A stretch of 63,336 nucleotides of DNA, filler included, from Lenisia limosa (taxonomy: Eukaryota; Protista; Breviatea), in NCBI GenBank assembly GCA_001655205.1. It is 17 parts of 17 records of this genome, joined end to end, with 100 filler letters (N's around TTAATTAATTAA, not from the genome) between each part and the next. Parts side by side here need not be neighbours in the genome. Positions count along the whole stretch, not along the records: positions 7,975 to 13,467 come from LPNZ01001053.1; positions 13,568 to 23,958 come from LPNZ01006281.1; positions 24,059 to 26,235 come from LPNZ01005738.1; 14 more parts are not named here. One strand, given 5' to 3'. The position numbers and the translations under genes are program-made. Under the pieces are notes generated by a model. It saw nothing but the letters and a program-made list of their open reading frames with translations, did no database searches and was not told where the DNA came from. Of the stretch, positions 11,131 to 24,910 are shown piece by piece (the first letter of the stretch is position 1; every line of letters starts with the position of its first letter).

Positions 11131-12849
11131 TGCGATATAGGAGTTGCGTATCCGGTTTATATTGCCCGTGGAAGAATACAGTAATTGGAAGACACTTGAA
11201 GGAGAACTTGAAGACAAAAAACACGATGCAAAAGTGTGGTAAACATCGCTATTATTCGAGATATGTAACAACAAATATTGAACAAACAACCTCGGGTGTC
11301 AATGTCCCAATTCCTCCTTATTACGTATTAAGGGGGGAGAAAATGACACCCACACAATCATCTCCAAAAAATGGAAAACAGGTTTTTTTATTTGAAAAAA
11401 ATAGCCTTTTCTCCTTTTATATTCCATTAAAACTTAAAATGACGTTAGAAACCGAAAGCAGGACCCCAAAACCCTTAAAATGGTCCAATCATATTTCAAA
11501 ATGACTATAGTAGGCTTGAGATATAAAGCCTTACATTTGGACTAAAATGGTTTTAACACTAATGATCAAGAACCATATCTCTTTGTTGAGAATCCATTGA
11601 ATAATGAATAGAAAAACGGCAAAGGCAGATGTTCTTTGGATTATCAAAGAAGCAAAGCAGATAATTTCACAAAATTATCATATGTCTCTTCATCGTGTTT
11701 GAAAAAAAAAGGGGTCAGCGAGGACAGCTTCCCCAATGGCTAGCCTCGTTCCGAACGATGAAGTGGTTGTCATCCTCAATGACAACTTCGTCATGACGCG
11801 AACAGTTATTCTAGGGTATCATCTTTGTATTTTTTTTGAATTAATGAGGAATTTTACTCTCAGAAAATCACGGTGAGATTTTTGAAACAAAAAAGAGGGG
11901 GATAATTATTTGGTCNNNNNNNNNNNNNNNNNNNNNNNNNNNNNNNNNNNNNNNNNNNNNNNNNNNNNNNNNNNNNNNNNNNNNNNNNNNNNNNNNNNNN
12001 NNNATAACGCTTGATTCTAAAATGATTAAAAAGTATGATCTTGGAAAACAACTAATCCATACTTTTAGTTGTTATGTGGTACGGTGGTAGGTGACAGGTA
12101 ATTGAGTGTGAAAAGGACAGCTATGCTCTCCTTTGGATTTTTATTTTAGACCCTAAATGTTTTATTTCAGCAGCTAGTGTCGACAGGGAGAGTCGTTAAA
12201 AATCGGAGAATGTGCAATATTTTACTTTTTTCAACAATTGCCCCCCCCCCCCTTATTACGTTTAAGNNNNNNNNNNNNNNNNNNNNNNNNNNNNNNNNNN
12301 NNNNNNNNNNNNNNNNNNNNNNNNNNNNNNNNNNNNNNNNNNNNNNNNNNNNNNNNNNNNNNNNNATTTTACCCAATTTTTTATAACTTTTTGAACTCAA
12401 TCATTCATTGAAATAATAATTAAATGTCAAATGTCACACAAATTCCAGGAAATTTAGCACTCCTGGCCGGGCATCCGGGCCAATTTTCTTCAAAAATCAG
12501 GACTAAATCTTGCTACTATTGTGAATTTGCGATGTTCTTAGATTTGGAATTAAGTTTGCGGAAGTTTCATCACTTTTGCGATATTTTTTGAGTCGTGACC
12601 CAAACGGAGAGAGACTGAGGAATGATGCCTAAGCCGGTTTATCGTTATCTATTTGCTGTTTATATTATAGTTCATACTGTTCAAAAAGCACGGAGGGTGT
12701 GGAGAGATGGGGAGCTACAAGACTGATGCTGAATGTAGTATTTATTCCTGTAAAACATGGTATTATACTGATGTGAACTCGTTGAACCAAAATGAACAAA
12801 TTTTTACGATCACAAAATACCTCTTCTTGTTCCAACTCAAGAGATGAAT

Positions 12850-13420
12850 TTTTTTCTTGAGCTCCTGAATCTCAGACGCTTCGTGGGTGGCTGCCTGTTG
12901 TTGGAGTTATATTATGTGGCAAATAGTGGAATGTGCTCCTATTGAAGAGATTATAAATTATGCTCCATTGTTCCCCTTTATCCCTCATCGAAAAAGCCAT
13001 GATGAGTTTTCGAAGTCAGAGAAAGTATCATTTAAACGGCAACAATCTTCATTGACCATAGTCATATACCATTTGCTGGAGTGCATTGAGACGCCCCAGT
13101 AGCTCCTTCTTCTCTTGTTGCAGGATCTAATCTGACGATGTCATTGAAATACAGTTTCGATGAAGGTGGACAGGGTATTTTCACAGCAGCCTACCATCAC
13201 GCTCCTCTACAAGCGTGGTTTCCCCATCTTACCACCATTTGTTGCTGACACCATCCCCCCCACGGTGGTCTTAGCGGCCTCGAGTCCCATAAACGCCTGG
13301 TTTCGGCTGGCTTCAACCGTGGCCGTCTCAGAGGTGGTGCGTGTCAATTCTCCCTCCTTGAGAGGGATCATATCGAGTATGAGAAATGACATGAGCACTA
13401 ACGATCTGAATGATGTTGCA
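12850..13420 (-). CDS. 3' end of a coiled-coil protein gene (unknown)
   Basis: Exons EGELTRTTSETATVEASRNQAFMGLEAAK, ILQQEKKELLGRLNALQQM and AATHEASEIQELKKKFIS*. Confidence 0.4.
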
Positions 13421-13619
13421 TCTGTATGACGAACCTCCCCCCCCCGCCAAAATGTGCGCAATCCTCGNNNNNNNNNNNNNNNNNNNNNNNNNNNNNNNNN
13501 NNNNNNNNNNNTTAATTAATTAANNNNNNNNNNNNNNNNNNNNNNNNNNNNNNNNNNNNNNNNNNNNCAGTCGCTTCTGCAGCACGTCATTTGGAATCTC
13601 ACGGGTTCGAACAATAATT

Positions 13620-14935
13620 GAGTCTGACCAAAACCGATTCTCAAATCCAAGCATCGCAGACCTTTGTCGGTTCGACTCAGTTTTCGGGTGAGAACCTCGT
13701 TAATCACCTAAGTGGTAACAAACGAATATGAAATAAGGGTTGCAGAAAGAAGCAGATCCATAAGATCTCTTTGCAGCATTTTCTCAATGTTCTACCCCAC
13801 AGACTGCCAAAGCTCCGACAGTGCCTGGGGGGGCGTGGGAGAGTACTTTGACTTTACTGGAGGAGGAATATTCAATCTAGAACATCAGTGAAGGACCACC
13901 ATCCTTTGTCCAAAAAGTGGAGTATAATAGAGCATTGCAAGTAGGGCTTCACCCCTTCGGTTCGAAAAACCCCGGTAAAATATTGATAATTTTCGAAGAT
14001 TTTTCGAGAAATTCAGTCTTTTTTTGAACCGAAGTGAAGCCCTAATTGCAAGGAAATGCTTCCTCGACCAACCTGTGCATGAACCCTTGAAATAATGGAT
14101 GAACTGGGTTTCTGTGCCTAAATGGTAAAATGGTATTAAAAATTGAAAAGTACTTGCTTACCATCAATTGAAGAATTTTCAGAATAATAACGTGATGAGA
14201 CAATATATATGTAATACATGTATATTTCAACTCACTGAAAGGGGTTCCATAAGGGGAGGTAGGAGAACACGCGCGGAGACACCACCATCAGCCAGAAGCA
14301 AAATCTGATCAAGAACCTTGCAGGCCGGATCGGACCTATGGGGAAGGAAAATATGAAAAAACCCCAAGTATTTTTTGAGACACACGTAACCTCTCGCTAG
14401 ACTTAGGCTCTAACCTACCTTGGATTGACAGAAGTCATATTGGTGGTATCGAGACGCTGGGGAGTTATTGGACTCTTTTGTGGACAATGACAAAACACGC
14501 AAATTGACCAGAAGGATGAAACTCAAAATGATTTCACCAAGCACAAAAACACCAAGTAAATGTCTATGACACTAGCTTGACCCACTGAGCGTTCGATTCT
14601 GACGGGAGTTTTCACAGTGGATGACAGGCCTGGGGGTGAGACCGAAAATAAGGTTCGTCAAAAGGCGGGCCAAAAAACAATTGTCTAGGTTTGAGATAAT
14701 TTAACCAGCTAACCAGCAGTAATAATTTTATGCATATTAGCTTTGCAAAATATGCATATTTTAACCATTTCTAAGGTCGCAAGTCCCAATATAAATTATC
14801 ACAGTTGCATTTTCAACGCATACCATGTGGAGTGATCTCGGGAAGATTCACACGTCCCGAAACTGGTCCTTTTATCTTCCAGTTTGTCATGTTTGTCTTC
14901 AGGAGCCGTCGTGGAGGAGAAGAGGGCGAGCCAAA
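13620..14935 (-). CDS. Hypothetical multi-exon gene, 5' part
   Basis: Several GT/AG-bounded GC-richer blocks, e.g. MFGSPSSPPRRLLKTNMTNWK, GLSSTVKTPVRIERSV, SDPACKVLDQILLLADGGGLRV and VINEVLTRKLSRTDKGLRCLDLRIGF. No family recognised. Confidence 0.35.
13942..14044. mobile_element. MITE-A copy
   Basis: TAGGGCTTCACCCCTTCGGTTCGAAAAA...TTTTTGAACCGAAGTGAAGCCCTA. Confidence 0.85.
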
Positions 14936-15392
14936 CATCACGACGTAACCATTGTCTCACTGGTTAGATGCTGTTCTATTATTCTATATTGTATTATTGT
15001 TACACAGTATTGTTTCTTGCACTCTACTTCTTTCACTTCTTTCAAAACAATTGCATTGCAAATTTTTTTTGAATAGAGTTCCTGTGCCTTTTATATGACA
15101 CCCCTATTAACTGGCAGAGAGTCTGAAGAGAGCTCTCTTCATGTTAAATCATCAATAAAGTTGAATAGAAATTCAATTTCAGGGGAATTTGAAAGATATT
15201 TGGCTTCGCTAGTTGACACGCAGAACCCCCATTTGGCCGTCAAAGGTTTGAAAGCACAGTCTAATTTTAATCCACTATTCAGCAGTACTGCAATACTGAA
15301 GTACTACAGTATTTTTAAACTTATACACACGCATTGAATCTCATTAATGATTTGCTGCCGCTTTTCTCTTTGATTCATCCAGACCAATCGCC

Positions 15393-17436
15393 ATGTTTGG
15401 AGTGTTCCTTACTCTCCTTGGCCTTGTTTCAGTCTCCTTCGCTTACCCGCTTTACAAACAGTGCGATCCTGCTTGGAAAAAGTGGGATAATATGAGAATA
15501 TGAGAATATGAAATTACTTTTTCCAATGAGATTGGCTGGCAGTGTTCTCTGGAAATGAGACTGACTTACTAGTGACATTATTGGAACCAGCTCAAAAACC
15601 ATTTGTGATGTGAGGGGCTTTGAAACATGTTGAAATTTACACAGACTTTACATAGTAAATGAATTCAATATATCTTATCCATTCACATATTATGACAAGC
15701 ATCTTAATGAAGTATTCTTCTTCCTCATCTATGTCGGACCATTTTGACAATTTCAGGTGGGATGCGCCATGAGCAGTGTTGCCATGATTGCTGAGTATTG
15801 GAGACCTTCTTCTCACGCCACAATCACTCCAGAGACTCTTAATGAGTGGGCGAAGAAACATGCAGCTATTTCTGTTTTTAGCTCTTTTTTTATTTGTTGA
15901 ATCACTGACAATCCAGTTGGCTGATTGACAACTCTGGCTACGTTAGTGGAAAGTAAGTGGTATAAACTGAACAGTTGTCCATGCAATCAATTCACCCAAT
16001 CTTTTAAATAGTTATGGAGTTGGTTAACTATTGAATTTTTATTTCGTAACAAAAGAACCAATCTCAAGCTGTCATCACCTGCCCCTAGCCTAATTGTTTG
16101 GAGCTCAGTTGATGCACTTGGTTTTATGAAGTTCAAAGCTAGATCCACAACAGCAATTCCTCTCGCCGACCTCAGAGTAATTGGGTTTTCTGTTTTTAGT
16201 GAAAGTGGTAGTAGAATCAAACACCATGAATGTTTTTATTGCGTTTTGTATAATAGTAGACTATATATACATAGTATAGTATATCATATTGTATTAAGTA
16301 TCTGATAATATTGTATAATACTGATAATTATTTGATATTCTATTTAATCCACAATCATTTAATCGGTTTTAGGGTTATGTCCGGGGAGGTAACGCGGTTT
16401 TGGCACATGTGCGCTCAAGTAAGCTGGATCAAAATTGGAATGGGGTTACTTTCGAAATACTTTCTGACTTTTTAGAAACTCACTTTGTTTTAATTACTGG
16501 AGAAACAGGTAAGCTAGTATTGAGAAGTGTAATATGATATATGTTTAGCTGTTGGAATCGTCATCCCCTTCTCTTGTCAGTTATTGTATATCTACCTCCA
16601 TTGGCTTTATATTTAATTTTGACCACCAAACAGGAGCGGAGGGATTTACTGTCAATGATGCCGGCTACTCGGTGTCTTCGTACGAGTACTCTGACATTGT
16701 GGGGCATCGAGATTGGGTCACAGTCCACTTTTGGTCGTTTCATTCTCACGGTTTTAGGACGGGGTGGCCGTTTATGAGCAAATGTAAGCTGGAAAATGAG
16801 ATATTCTTCACGCGAACCATATTGTAATATCAGAGGTGTTTATCAAGGTTAAAGTGAATATTTGCGATTTTATTAAGAAGCCATTGACCAGACAGTTGTC
16901 TTGAAGACAGCTGCACTCGACATTCGTCAGACTCTACTGGAGACAGCAGTGACAACGATACCGGTTCATCCAGTAGGAAACCAGAGCATTTGTGTTAACT
17001 GAATTGGCTAGTTCCTTAAATGCGTCATTTCATTAACCCAATAGGCTCGACCTCCTCTAGCGGGTCATCTTCCATTGTTCTGTACGGCGTCATCGGAATC
17101 GGTGTTCTTGCGGTAGCTGGGGAATAATATGCTTCGGACGGCTCCAAGCCACTCGAGCCTTGTTGACAGTTTAGTTGGCCGGGGGAGCCGCCGCCGTTGT
17201 TATCAATAAGAAGAGCACCAAAACGTACAAGAAACCGGCAGCAGTTAAGGCCACAAAGGTCCAGAACAAGCCAAGTATACCTGCAAAGAGACCTGTTTGA
17301 AGGGAATCAGCGGAGTATTTCTTTACTCCCTATTAGTATTTGTCTGACATATTCATTATTTCAGTATAAGAAGCCTCCAGTGAACAAGGGCAAAAACTCT
17401 GCAGTAATGCAGAAGTACGGGCAAAACCTTCTCTAA
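15393..17436 (+). CDS. Type I membrane protein with a Peptidase C39-like (papain-fold) ectodomain
   Basis: Signal peptide MFGVFLTLLGLVSVSFA, then YKQCDPAW..IGTSSKTICD|VGCAMSSVAM (catalytic Cys), THFVLITG (His) and FTVNDAG (Asp), then a Ser/Asp linker, a TM segment IVLYGVIGIGVLALAGGAAAVVI and a basic tail. About 12 exons. Confidence 0.75.
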
Positions 17437-17579
17437 CTGTTGTTAATGGGGTTTGTATTTTATTTAAGTTGTTTTGATGTAAGCTATTTGGGTATTACTT
17501 GATTTTTGATACTCATTGCATGATCATGGTTCCGCATTCAGTCAGGTTATTTCAGTCTCCAAATGATACTTCAAGTTAA

Positions 17580-20500
17580 CTATTTTTCTAGTTTTTGGTA
17601 AAAGTGCCCATCTCTGGAATCAGATCTATTGCAATTGACATCAGGCCTACATAACGATTTACTGTGACATAAGGAGGGAAAACGGGTTGGTTGCAGCGAT
17701 GGGAGTGTCACTCTCATCGCTATCTTCTTCACTTTCCTCCTCGTCTTCCTCCTCATGTTCACTGAGGTCTTCACCAAGGTACATTCCCTCCTTGAGAATA
17801 AGAAATCCCAGATGTGATCGAACAAATGTGAACGCCCTCCACTCACTTGCTCTTCCGCTTCTGCAGCTTTCAAAAGGGCCTCTTTAGCTTCCTCCTGTCC
17901 CTCGATAAAGTTCGGTGGTTTGATCGAAAGGATCACGGACCGTCCAACGATGACGTCTCTCAGAATCTCGTGTGCTGGATAAAGTCAATTCAGAATCTCG
18001 TGTGCTGGATAAAGTCAATTCTTGAGCGTTTTCAAGGAATCAATGGGTGAAAAGATTCAAAATCCCACAGCGAAGAATTGTGATTGGGTGTGGGCTAGAC
18101 TGACCACTACAGTGGATGTACGTATCCCCAACCCACCCGCTCGGTGGACATTGGGTCGACCTCGCTTGTTCGTGTAATAACCTCTTTTTACCGCATACTC
18201 CTCACCTGCCACTGTAAAGAACCAATTGAAATACAGCCTAAGCCTTACTCATCGTAAAATACAGCAATAGTATACTATAGTATACATATACTATATATCA
18301 TATGTATATTATATATATATATGATATATATATATATATTCGAAACACATAATCCGTCACATCACNNNNNNNNNNNNNNNNNNNNNNNNNNNNNNNNNNN
18401 NNNNNNNNNNNNNNNNNNNNNNNNNNNNNNNNNNNNNNNNNNNNNNNNNNNNNNNNNNNNNNNNNNNNNNNNNNNNNGGTGTAATCTTTATTTTATTGGA
18501 ACTTCAAATTGAAACCTATGGACAATTGGATACGGGATTCAGGAGCCTACTTTGATTTTAAGCGTTTTGACGAGAGGAAGGCGCTCAGCAATGAACTCCA
18601 CTGAAGTATATGGTTCTTTTCGAGTTAGAAGAAATCAAATATGAGGCCTTCAGAAAGAATCAAATATGAGGGCTTCAGAAAGAATCAAATATGCCTTCAG
18701 AAAGAATCAAATATGAGGCCTTCAGAATGAAATCAAAGAATATGGTGTGAATAATACCTTGAAGTTGGGCAACAGGGAAGAGTCCACACGAGATCTGATG
18801 TGTCAGTATAATATGTGATGAAGACGATACCCTCCTCCCATCCATGCACACAGGTAGCTCTGATAATTGTATGAAAGTTACCATACCTGGAGAGACTTTG
18901 GCATATCCAAGGCTGGGAAGATGAGACCGGGGCAATCGCAGAGTTGGATCTCGTGTCCAATGTGAATTGTTTGGAAGTGCTTCGTATGTCCTAAAGCGGT
19001 CACCACAACTCTATGGTAGAGTCAATGCAAAAAGAAAACATGAAGTCCCGGCCACCAGGTGTTGCTGACACACTGACGACCTTCTTTTTCATAACAGCAT
19101 TGAGCAAGGTACTCTTGCCGACATTGGGATGGCCGACAAGTCCCAAGGTAACTCGGTCCTTATTACGCTGTCCCACTGGAGGGTGAGAAGCGCCAATATG
19201 CAAGGATTTTGCTCTCATATCATTATAAAAGGCTGCGCGATAGAATCCGTTATTACCGCCTGTATTGTTTAGCACCGAATAACATATTTTCTTTCATTTA
19301 TTCCTTTTAGATCTTTATAAAAACCCACCAACAAAGATTATAAACAGCATCCTAACATTCCCCCAATAACCTGTTTTATTACTCCCCCCTCCTACCATGG
19401 GAACCTTGGTATGCTGCACGAGCCTCAGATTCGGCAATTTGGTCCAACATCTCATCTGTGATCTCTTCATCTTCCTGGTTGTTTAGAACAATACCGTTAC
19501 ACACCATGAGAAAACGTTGGCCTTCCAACCTCAAAATCGTCCTTAGCCAAGGCGGTCCAGTCCACACTTCTACCAAGGTTTAGAGAAGCCAATTTGCGGG
19601 CCAGCCCAGTGGCGCCGTAGCCATGCGCGTAGTTTCGTGGTGTCTGTCCCCTCCGAACTCCGTTTCCCGTTACTCCTTCTTCGGGAAACGTTGTGAATTC
19701 AACTACATTGTGAGTGAAGAAATGGGCTTGAGTTACATGAAGATGGTGTTAGAAATAATGGTTGCCACTGCAATGTGTCCCGTGATTTCATAAGGATTTA
19801 TCTGAAACCTCCACAAAATTGATAAATATCTACTGAGGATCTCTCAACACCAAAGTGATGCACTTTGCCTACCGATATGAATGCCCTTGAAGGTTTCTTC
19901 AAAGTACTTTGTCCAAGCGTTAACCACTGACCGTGTCACCAAATCAATCTAAACAGTCGGTAAATACAAAATATAATATATGTATGTAGTTGAACCAATT
20001 TGAGGCAATTGCCTCTACCTGATTGTCAGTTTGCCTAAAAATTACCTTGTTGAAAACGCAGATGAAAGGAAGGTCTAGGACTTTGACAACATAGTTGAAA
20101 AGTGCAATGGGGAAATGGAAAAGTGGGTATCGCACATCTAAAAGCTGTGAGATTTAAGAGTAAAACGCCATATGATCATGTGATCGCTGCTCACCAGTGA
20201 CAATTATCACGACGTCACTCATCTCAAGGACTCTCCACAACTGTCGCCAAACTTCTGTAATGGGTTATGCGGTTATGATGACCCATATGCCCTTCCCATT
20301 CGTTATATCTAAGACCTAATATACTGAAACGAAATATATGCATAATAGAAGAATCAGTCTATAAATATGCCAACTCTTTACCCATGTTTTTCTGAACAGA
20401 TGAAGCCCCACTTTTGAAAGAGGCACCCACCGATATTATGGTCAAAGTAGTTCAATCGACTCCGAGGGTACGTGCTGTAGATGTGTTTGAGGTAGTCCTG

Positions 20501-21479
20501 GGGCTTATTAATAATACAGCCCAGAATCGATACTTCTGATTCATCCAACCTTGAACGCCTGTTCTTCCTGCTTCTCCAGCCGTTCCCTTGAGAAACTGTA
20601 GTCCCATTTGGGTCTCAAGGGAAAGGGTATCGCCTCTCCTCGATTGGCATCAAACATGTTCTAGAAGACTTAGTGGCAAATGAAAACTTTCTTGAGATAT
20701 ACATATGTCTATTGATTTGAATAACCAAGGCATAAACTCACATCGACAATTGGCTTTATGACCTTTGATGAGGCTTGTCTAACCCGAAGTTGTATGGATG
20801 CCTTAGACTCTTTTTCAAACACCGTGTTGAGTCTGTAGATTGAGGGATTGAATTAATAAAAAATTTCGTCTTCTACCTGATTATGTCAACCCATTTAAGA
20901 CCAAATAGTCCTCAAGTTTGTGGGATCCCCCCCCCCCCCNNNNNNNNNNNNNNNNNNNNNNNNNNNNNNNNNNNNNNNNNNNNNNNNNNNNNNNTACTCT
21001 CCCGTCATTTCTTCATTTTCTTCACCATCACTGTCAACAACATGGCCTTCGCCTAGCATGTCAATAAATATGGATTCGGCGGAGCAAAAATTCAAATAAC
21101 AACATTAGTAAACAAAAAAAAAAAAACGAGCCAAAGCTAAACAAATAAAACTGACAAGAACTCAGTCATACAAGTGTCAGATTGTCCTTTGTGATTGGAT
21201 GACGAGAAGAATTTCTGCTTCAAAGGCGAACGGCAACAGTCCAAAACTCCAAAATAAACCCACTTTTCAATAAGCTCATCAACCGACATACCTGTAACGA
21301 ATTTGGCCAACTCCTTCTTTTCCTGGTCATCTTGCTCACCCTGCTCGGCTCTTTTCCTAGACAATAACCAGTAAAATGCAATGCGCTCTTCTCTCCTCAG
21401 TTCCATCTTACCGGGCTCGCTTTTCTTGTAGCTGTGCTTTCTTTTTCTTAACAGTGAACGGCTTCTTGCGATGGGCCAT
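17580..21479 (-). CDS. GNL1: GNL1/HSR1-family circularly permuted GTPase
   Basis: N-terminus MAHRKKPFTVKKKKAQLQEKRAR; RYPLFHFP..ICVFNK (G4 before G1); G1 LGLVGHPNVGKSTLLN..VSVSATPG; G3 IQLCDCPGLIFP; acidic C-terminus. Confidence 0.85.
17961..18020. repeat. 30-bp tandem duplication
   Basis: CAGAATCTCGTGTGCTGGATAAAGTCAATT x2. Confidence 0.9.
18627..18733. repeat. ~25-bp minisatellite in a GNL1 intron
   Basis: AGAAAGAATCAAATATGAGGCCTTC about x4. Confidence 0.85.
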
Positions 21480-21986
21480 GATGCATGGGAGATCAAAGTA
21501 AGGAAGGCAGGGACAGGTGTATCTCGTTTGTTCTTCAAGAGTAGTATACTATGAAAATAATATAAGAGTATATAATATCAACGTGTAGGAGGCGCGTAGA
21601 GGTGCAGGGGCTGTGAGCAAAAGCAAAAAAGCTTGACAAGTCTGTCTACCCGCCATTTTGAATTTATACAACTCTAATCAAACGCATTACAACCATACTT
21701 ATTTACTTTAGAGGACAATGTGTTCGTTCATACTGTTCCACTGTTCGTTATACTTGACTCAAACCTGACTAGGTCAAATGTTTAAAGATTTCCCCTTTTG
21801 GTAAGTTCGTTCACTCGTTCACTCTCTCGCTTTCCTCAAATAGTTTTTTGTTTTTGTGCGCCGAATCCTCCTGTGTATTATTATAATATTATCAAGAAAA
21901 GTGTTTGTTTGTCAATAGGTCATTCCGTCTTGGTATATTGGCCAAGAATTGAGTCATTTGTCATAAGTTGTAGTCACACCACCAAC

Positions 21987-22799
21987 ATGACAACACCTTC
22001 TCCTACCATGTCCCAAAATGAGTACGCCAACTCTAAGGTATATACAGATGGGTTAAGTACGTTAATATGCAACGAACAGGCCCAGAGACTTGTCTCCATT
22101 TCACATTCAGATTACCCTTCTCCGAATCTGCTGCCTCCTCATCCTTCTGGCGTCTGGAGCTGCCACTATCTTCGCGTAGGGAGGATACACTCACTATATG
22201 TCCAAGCAGAATCAATTCTTACATGGCCCGTTTGGTAATTTTTTTATTGTTTCAAAATGCTGAAATTGATCTGAGCAAACTTCCCTTCCTTTCATTATCT
22301 CCAGGATGACTCTAGTCTTTGGCGATGAGTTCTCAACGTCAATTCAAGGTGTCTACATCATGATCATGCTCTTGATTTCTCTCTGCGCTGAGCTTCGGTT
22401 TACGTAAGAGGATTACATTTCCAGATAACGCAATTTATTCTAAACATGGTAGATGGATCCATAATGTGGCTGGATTTATGAAGCACAAGAGTGGACGTGG
22501 TGTGTTCTACTGCGCTACTGGAATGCTAATGGTCAGCCTTGAGGCAATTACAACCTACATCCTCATTGCAGGTATGTTTGGAGGGGCACGTTCATGCTAA
22601 ATATTTTATTATATTCACACCTTTAGGAATCCTTTTGATTCTGATTGGGCTTGTGAGTATGATTACAGCCTGCTATCGAGACCCCAAACCTGCAGCTCCT
22701 ATGCCACAAACCAACGCACAGGGTTCCACCAATGTAAGCAATGCCGTTTCTGACTGTCAAGCTTTGATTGGTTCAGGTCAAGTTGTCCTCCTGATCTAA
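21987..22799 (+). CDS. COPI-associated / Tvp15-like small multi-pass Golgi membrane protein
   Basis: About 8 exons encoding 3-4 hydrophobic helices, with GVYIMIMLLISLCAELR and GFMKHKSGRGVFYCATGML (GRG.FY signature). Confidence 0.65.
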
Positions 22800-24910
22800 T
22801 GGCATCCAATGCATTCATTATCTTGGAACGGCTTCTTGACACCTAAAAACCAGAACTGAGATTTGATTGTGTCAGGTTAATTGTAACCGAGAATGTTATA
22901 CGACTATTGGGTCTCACGTATCAACGTATCATGTCCGTTTTAAGGGAATCAAAACCTGTAACAACAGTTTTGCCAACAACAGGCCAAAATATTGGTTTGA
23001 ATATTCAAGGGTAGAAGGAAGCACCCCATGTGAAAATTGAACAAGGCATAATTTTATACCAGTACCAGTCATATCAGGTTTGGTTCTCACCTACTTACAA
23101 TGATCTCAAAAGGACGCCGAACAATAAATCAGTAATACAACATTCAGAGCAATAATACACAGCAATAGTAATTTGGTAATTACATCACATTCGAGAGTAT
23201 GAAACATAGATCTCAGGATTTCTTTTTGAAGATGAAAAACCCACTGCTCATGATTATATTTTCACAATGTGATAAAGTTTGGACGTTTGGAAAAAGTGAT
23301 GCGTATGGTTGGTATGCTCAAGAGAACTCAAAGAAGCACAAAACAATAGAGAAGAAAAAGGGGGAAGGGGGGGGGGGGGNNNNNNNNNNNNNNNNNNNNN
23401 NNNNNNNNNNNNNNNNNNNNNNNNNNNNNNNNNNNNNNNNNNNNNNNNNNNNNNNNNNNNNNNNNNNNNCGGGTTTTTGGCGGGTTTGCGGAGTTTTTGA
23501 GTTATTATTCTATATTTTTATTTTTTGCCTGATTGAGAAAGTGAAGGAGAGGTGAAGCGCGAAGAAAAGAGAAGGGTGACCTGTCCTGTTGTGGAATAAT
23601 GTCACTTCTGTTCGTGTTACTATGCCTTTTCTCACTTAGTGTTGCTGCTAACTATGAAGGTAATAGGGGCGATATCCATTTTCAATCCGAATACCCCCAC
23701 TTTTGAACCATTTTTTCACCATACTCCACCTCAGGGGTTTATGACAACTATGGAATGTTATTAATGAGCAAAGACGTAACACCGTATAACTTTTCTTGTC
23801 TTCTTCCCTTCCCCATACAATTTTGGCCAACCTCCACGCATCACATTGATCAATACAGTTGTTTGAATGACAACCCGCTCTCTCCAGCTCATCTTTCTCA
23901 TTTGATTTCACACTCCTTTGCCCCCTTCCCGCGCGCTCGCTTACGGAATAGATAGAACNNNNNNNNNNNNNNNNNNNNNNNNNNNNNNNNNNNNNNNNNN
24001 NNTTAATTAATTAANNNNNNNNNNNNNNNNNNNNNNNNNNNNNNNNNNNNNNNNNNNNAGAAGATGTTAATAAATCAAGCGAATTTGACTCTTACCTTTT
24101 GTGCCATTCCAGAACTTTTATTGACGCAGTATATACTTTAATCAGACGTCTATTTCGTCCGTTGGCTCTATTATANNNNNNNNNNACCCTTGAGTAACCT
24201 AGAGGCATTTAAGTAGAGAATACGAGACAAATTGGGCAAAAAATGNNNNNNNNNNNNNNNNNNNNNNNNNNNNNNNNNNNNNNNNNNNNNNNNNNNNNNN
24301 NNNNNNNNNNNNNNNNNNNNNNNNNNNNNNNNNNNNNNNNNNNNNNNNNNNNNNNNNNNNNNNNNNNNNNNNNNNNNNNNNNNNNNNNNNNNNNNNNNNN
24401 NNNNNNNNNNNNNNNNNNNNNNNNNNNNNNNNNNNNNNNNNNNNNNNNNNNNNNNNNNNNNNNNNNNNNNNNNNNNNNNNNNNNNNNNNNNNNNNNNNNN
24501 NNNNNNNNNNNNNNNNNNNNNNNNNNNNNNNNNNNNNNNNNNNNNNNNNNNNNNNNNNNNNNNNNNNNNNNNNNNNNNNNNNNNNNNNNNNNNNNNNNNN
24601 NNNNNNAGCGTAAAGGAAACTGGGTGACCCCGGCCGGGTCGATTCTGATCAAAAGATCTTTTTTTCGATTTTTTTATCTCCTCTTTTTTTCTTTTTGCTC
24701 ATAATTTCTTTGTTTTGATGTTATTGATAGTCTAGTACTCAAAACTGCCGAATTTCACACTAAAAAGGGTGTTATTGAAGCGATTTATGTCGATTTTTGG
24801 CTTGTTCGTGGTTTTAATCATGTTCGCGGTTTTAACCACCAACCTATAACAATTTTACTGGCCTGGGCTCTTTTTTGTTTTTCTCAACTCTCGGTTAACC
24901 TCTCCTCCCA

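Noticed and set aside
24209-24704. ORFs consisting mostly of X
   Set aside because: They span N gaps and carry no evidence; the same applies to the other X-rich ORFs in the track.
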